A stretch of 64,000 nucleotides of DNA from Chrysomallon squamiferum (lineage: Eukaryota > Animalia > Mollusca). The stretch's first letter is position 1, and every line of letters begins with the position of its first letter. Position numbers and translations under genes: made by a program. This document shows, in pieces, positions 62,102-64,000 of this stretch. The notes beneath the pieces were generated by a model that was not told the DNA's origin, searched no databases, and saw nothing but the letters and a program-made list of their open reading frames with translations. The stretch lies in NCBI GenBank assembly GCA_012295275.1, contig CM022666.1:4464001-4528000 (forward strand). The letters are read 5' to 3'.

Positions 62102-63136
62102 CATACACACACATCTTATAAAACTAAAAGAGAAAGAAAAACATCTTAATTACATTTTCGTGCCAGATTACTATAAGCACGTGCAATATCTATTTTTCCT
62201 AATATTTTTTTACTGAAGCACATGCAATAAAATCACTGTTAAATAACAGATTCAGGATTCCACCTGCAAATGCTTTCTGAGATGCACGTGCATTGAAACA
62301 TTAACAGTATACACAATTCAGCTGCAAGCTTCAGTAACTTTAAACAAACATTCACCTTTAATTCTTGCACAATATCCAAAGTGTGTTACATTATCATCAC
62401 AGAAAAAAAAAATAAACGTGGATTTGACAGTTAACATATGCTAACATTAAAAACACTGATCTATTCTTAACATTCTTAATATTGTGTTTCAAACGTAATC
62501 AAACATTTTCTTAACTCACTCGGAAAAAAAATAAAAAGACAAAAAAAAAAATTTCAGGCAGTTATACTCATACACATGTGTGACCTTACAGATAATATCA
62601 CACAGCAAGAAAGATCGACCACTTTCACATCCAGACCACTGGTCAAACATTTGCCAAATACTTACTATAACTTACAATGGCTGGTGGATAAACTCACATC
62701 TATCATTGTTCAAATATTGATGATATCTATCCAGTGGCCAATAAATATTTATTTTATCACACTCCACAATGTCAGAATTTCATTATCAGTGGAATATCTG
62801 CTGGTTTTAACTCTTAACCCCTCTTTCCACTTTGGTTATCATTTCTGAGATGCCAGCAGTCATCCATGTTGAGACTAATCTATAGATATGCACATTGTCT
62901 ATTCAGACTGGGTATAGAAAAACGGAGGGGGAAAAGCTAGGTATTTATGAAGATAAGAATACGTGGGTCATTTTGACTTGGGTTCTGTTGAAGAATTGTT
63001 CAAAGAGACTTGATGTGGGTTTGAATTTCATACAGTGTCAGGGTCTTCAGTAATTAAAAAATATTTTATTTCCTTTTTGTTTGATAAGGATAAGAGACTT
63101 TAAAACAGATTTAGAAAAGAGATGAAACACATGATA

Positions 63137-63137
<1 letters not shown>

Positions 63138-63200
<63 letters not shown>

Positions 63201-63306
63201 AGAATATCTGACTTAAAATATTGATACCATTAGTAAAGGCTTTCTTTAGTTTTGTCTTACTTTCTCATCTTCTGTCACTTTCTTTCTGTCTCTTGCTCTG
63301 CTCTCT

Positions 63307-63403
<97 letters not shown>

Positions 63404-63590
63404 AGAATATCTGACTTAAAATATTGATACCATTAGTAAAGGCTTTCTTTAGTTTTGTCTTACTTTCTCATCTTCTGTCAAAGAGAATATCTGACTTAAA
63501 ATATTGATACCATTAGTAAAGGCTTTCTTTAGTTTTGTCTTACTTTCTCATCTTCTGTCACTTTCTTTCTGTCTCTTGCTCTGCTCTCTC

Positions 63591-63648
<58 letters not shown>
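63138..63648. repeat. Near-perfect local triplication interleaved with (CT)n
   Basis: AGAGAATATCTGACTTAAAATATTGATACCATTAGTAAAGGC... at ~63199, 63402 and 63482; the middle copy is truncated at ~80 bp. Confidence 0.95.
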
Positions 63649-63684
<36 letters not shown>

Positions 63685-64000
63685 TAAATCTAATCCTTTC
63701 TAGACGGTTTAAATATATCTTTTATGATATCACATAAAATCTTTTCATTCTTGTATTAAAAAAACAAACAAGAACTCTCATCAGAATTGAAATTTGTCAC
63801 AATCCTTTTTTATGATCTTATGATTTTATGATACAAAAACCTTACAAATCTGAGAAAACTATTTATAAATTTAAGACAACATTAAAAACAACTTACACAA
63901 TCTATGATCAATAACTCTGCACCCACTTGTGATATAAAACTACTCAACAGACATCAAAATTTTAGTTCTAGAATTAAAAAATATTTCTTTCCAAAAAAAG

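Overview
AT-rich, extremely microsatellite-dense animal DNA, most likely an invertebrate (possibly a mollusc; this is inference from repeat style). It looks like a large intron or gene-poor regulatory interval. No recognisable protein domain, RNA gene, CRISPR array or autonomous transposon was found. Most entries in the ORF track are translations of (GA)n, (CA)n, (TAA)n and (TACA)n repeats. The best-supported functional signal is a candidate divergent promoter at ~49.26-49.50 kb: two back-to-back TATA boxes flank a CCAAT box and a GA tract. On the + strand it leads into a first exon ending in a perfect AG|GTAAGT donor and encoding MDREL. There are also a few candidate minus-strand micro-exons (best: 43164-43243), one CTCF-like site, homotypic CAGGTA/CAGGTG clusters, degenerate tRNA-SINE fragments and many minisatellites. 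The most unusual recurring structure is a set of local inverted duplications whose arms include complementary GA/TC tracts and could fold into long RNA duplexes. I cannot demonstrate a new biological system from this sequence alone; the findings are testable hypotheses. Repeat boundaries and copy numbers were read by eye and are approximate.
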